Of a stretch of DNA of 64,000 bases, positions 61,576 through 64,000 are shown in pieces. The DNA lies in contig NC_086097.1 of NCBI RefSeq assembly GCF_963921235.1, positions 190,466,001 through 190,530,000 of the forward strand, read 5' to 3'. Within the stretch, counting starts at the first letter, position 1; each line of letters opens with the position of its first letter. Source of the DNA: Mobula hypostoma. Taxonomy: Eukaryota. The notes under the pieces are model-generated. The model had not been told where the DNA came from. It was given only the letters and a program-made list of their open reading frames with translations, and did no database searches. The translations under genes were made by a program, and so were the position numbers.

Positions 61576-63637
61576 ATAAATGAATATTTTGAAACAGGCA
61601 CATGGATGTAAAAGAAATAAAGGGTTATGAAGTGTGTAGAAACAAAGGGTTCAATGGATCATCAGATAGGTTTTTTGGTTAATACAACATTGTGGGCTGA
61701 AGGGCTCGTACTATGTTCTACTATTCTCTGTAGGACATGAAATGATGGTAATCACTCCACTTTTGTGTTAATGACCCCAATTTTCCAATTCAGAGTACAC
61801 ACTTATTAAGCTGTACATATCAGCTGGGTTAAAAACACACCGTAATCTTTACTGTACAGAGTGAGCTCATTGTCCCCCACAATGAACATGGTGTTCTTAC
61901 AAGTTCCTATGTTCATAGGTGGGAAAAGTGAAACAAAAAAGGTTGCTTTTTTGCTGGAACAAGTGTGTGTTGGGAGGGGGGGAGTGGAGGGAGGGTTGAT
62001 GCTTTGCTTGTGCATGGGAGGGAGCTTTAGGTTTTGGTGTTTTTCTGTCATTCATTCTTTGGGAATTTTCCCCCTCTCTCTTTCATGGGTGTCTGCAAAG
62101 AGTAAACATTTCAGGCCATATACTATGTACATTCTCAGACATTAAATTGAACCAAAATGCCTGCTGATGATCATTATCCAGTAATCTCTGTCAGAAATCA
62201 GTATTAGATGAAGGCACAGTTGGGATCAATCATGCTTCATGGTTAACTCCTTCTAAGTTCTCAATACATCCAAACCCTCCACACCTTGACTCAAAGGCTG
62301 CATGGCCAGTGGTATCCTATCACTTCCAGGTTTACGTCCAACATCACATACCAATTAGACTTCGATAAATATCCCACATCAGGAAGTTAATGGTTATGGG
62401 GAGAAGGCAGAAGAATTGGACTGACAAAAATAAAATCAGCCATGATTGAATGGTGGTGCAAACTCGGCGAGGTGGATGGCTTCTTTCTTTTTTTTTTAAA
62501 CCACCTCTTTCTCAAGAATACACAGATAACAATAAATGCTAGCCTTGCTTAACGCTTTTAACTCAAAATGAGACTTCTATATCTTAATTAAGCTGTAGAA
62601 TAGCAACCCATTAATCTGTGCATCATCTAAGTCAAATGAGAACATTTGGCAGTGAGTGAGGAAAGGGTGAGGTGATCAATAAACAGTGAGTACAGATGTG
62701 TTTGTGATCTAATTACATGTCAAAAATCAACATAACCTCAAGGTTTTCTTGCTTCTTCCAATCCAAGTTTTTACATTTCACTTTGTTTTTGATTGTTTCA
62801 GCGAACATTATTTGCACAATTTGCCATGAAATCAAAATATTCTAGCCATCTGAAAGAATGCCTCAACTTCCTCCTAGGTGCTTTAACAAACACAACAAAT
62901 TCCCCATGCACTCAGTTGGCCTGCATTTTCATTTAAAAAAAACAGGAATAGCTTTAAGCAGAAAGTCTGACAGATCTTGCATAAAGTAAACAGATATTCC
63001 TAAAGGTCTGTAATTGAGGGAAAAAAAGTATCTGGCTGCTGGAACAGACTCAATCACACTTATGAGAGTCAGGAAAATTGATAGAAAGCATACAGTATAT
63101 TCAAGGCTTCAATTAACACTTCTGCATCTATGTCTTTGTAGGTGATGAGGAAAACCATCTGTTCAGGTTGCACTCATTATTTCCAGATTGTATTACTACC
63201 GAAGTCAAGGTTGCTGATGGTGGCAGTTTTGTAAAGTAATTACAACACATGATTCTGGAAATTGACCTTAAGATTTAGCATAGTCGTTTACACAACAAAA
63301 GATCCCATTACCACAGTTCTGTTTCGTGCAATTGTAACTACTAAATCATGATGCACCATTCTTATTTGTTCATCTAAATTTCTAATGCAATCAGATTATC
63401 TAATTATGATGATTCAAATTGCTTCATACACAACATTCTTGAAGTAGAATATGGATGTGATATTAATATTTCATTTTATACTGTAATCATGAAGGCAGTC
63501 ATTGAGATTTGGATGTGTGCATGACTAGCACTGACTTACAGAAGAACTGATGCTCCCACAAAAAAACAGAATGAATATTTAAAGTATTTGAGATGTTTAA
63601 CCTTTACAAAAACATTTATAATAGTTCCACCTTACAA

Positions 63638-64000
63638 AGTATTGAGTGTAAGAGATGTGATGTTATGTTGAAATTGTACAAGACATTGGTGAGGCCTAAT
63701 TTGGAGTATTGTGTGTAGATTTGATCACCTACCTTCAGGAAAGATGTAAATAAGGTTGAAAGAGTACAGAGAAAATTTTTAAGGATGTTGCCAGGACTGG
63801 AGAACCCGAGTGAAAAGGAAAGATTGAATAGATTAGAAGTTTATTCCTTGGGTCATAGAAGATTGAGGGGAGATTTGATAAAGGTACACAGAATTATGTG
63901 GTGTCTAGATAGGGTAAGTAGGCGTTTTTCACTGAGATTGGATGGGACTACAACTAGAGGTCATGAGTTAAGGTTGAAAAGGTGAAAAGTTTAAGGGGAA
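63638..64000 (+). mobile_element. CR1 RT C-terminal fragment running off the window end
   Basis: LYKTLVRPNLEYCV, RRLRGDLIKV, TRGH. Confidence 0.88.

Noticed and set aside
63142..63235. Possible plus-strand exon after tctttgtag (DEENHLFRLHSLFPDCITTEVKVADGGSFVK)
   Set aside because: No recognisable homology, weak donor and no linked exons
1..64000. CRISPR arrays, rRNA, genuine tRNA genes, prokaryotic operons or an intact domesticated transposase
   Set aside because: None seen; tRNA-like boxes belong to SINE heads, and all TE ORFs, including the hAT transposase, carry stops or frameshifts

Overview
Eukaryotic, vertebrate DNA made mostly of transposable elements. The repeat mix (CR1, Rex1/Babar-type, L1, RTE, Penelope-like elements, V-SINE-type SINE) suggests a cartilaginous fish, probably a ray; this is inference from repeat content only. 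I could not support any host coding exon, tRNA, rRNA or CRISPR array, so the window is intronic or intergenic, and almost every ORF in the track is a transposon remnant or its antisense shadow. Main contents: a CsRn1-like Gypsy element split by a Rex1 LINE; a near full-length L1 with a 15-bp TSD in a three-level nest; several Penelope-like elements, three carrying a minimal hammerhead ribozyme motif; a gag-protease-only LTR element flanked by a ~280-bp target duplication; a poly(A) tRNA-SINE with a 15-bp TSD; hAT, mariner, Tigger (MER2/Tigger3-like) and Chapaev3-type DNA transposons; and many CR1 fragments. I did not find a clearly new biological system. The best leads are the ribozymes, the aberrant LTR integration, a possible Tigger3 horizontal transfer and a candidate recursive splice site. 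Boundaries backed by TSDs or TIRs are exact; the others are approximate.
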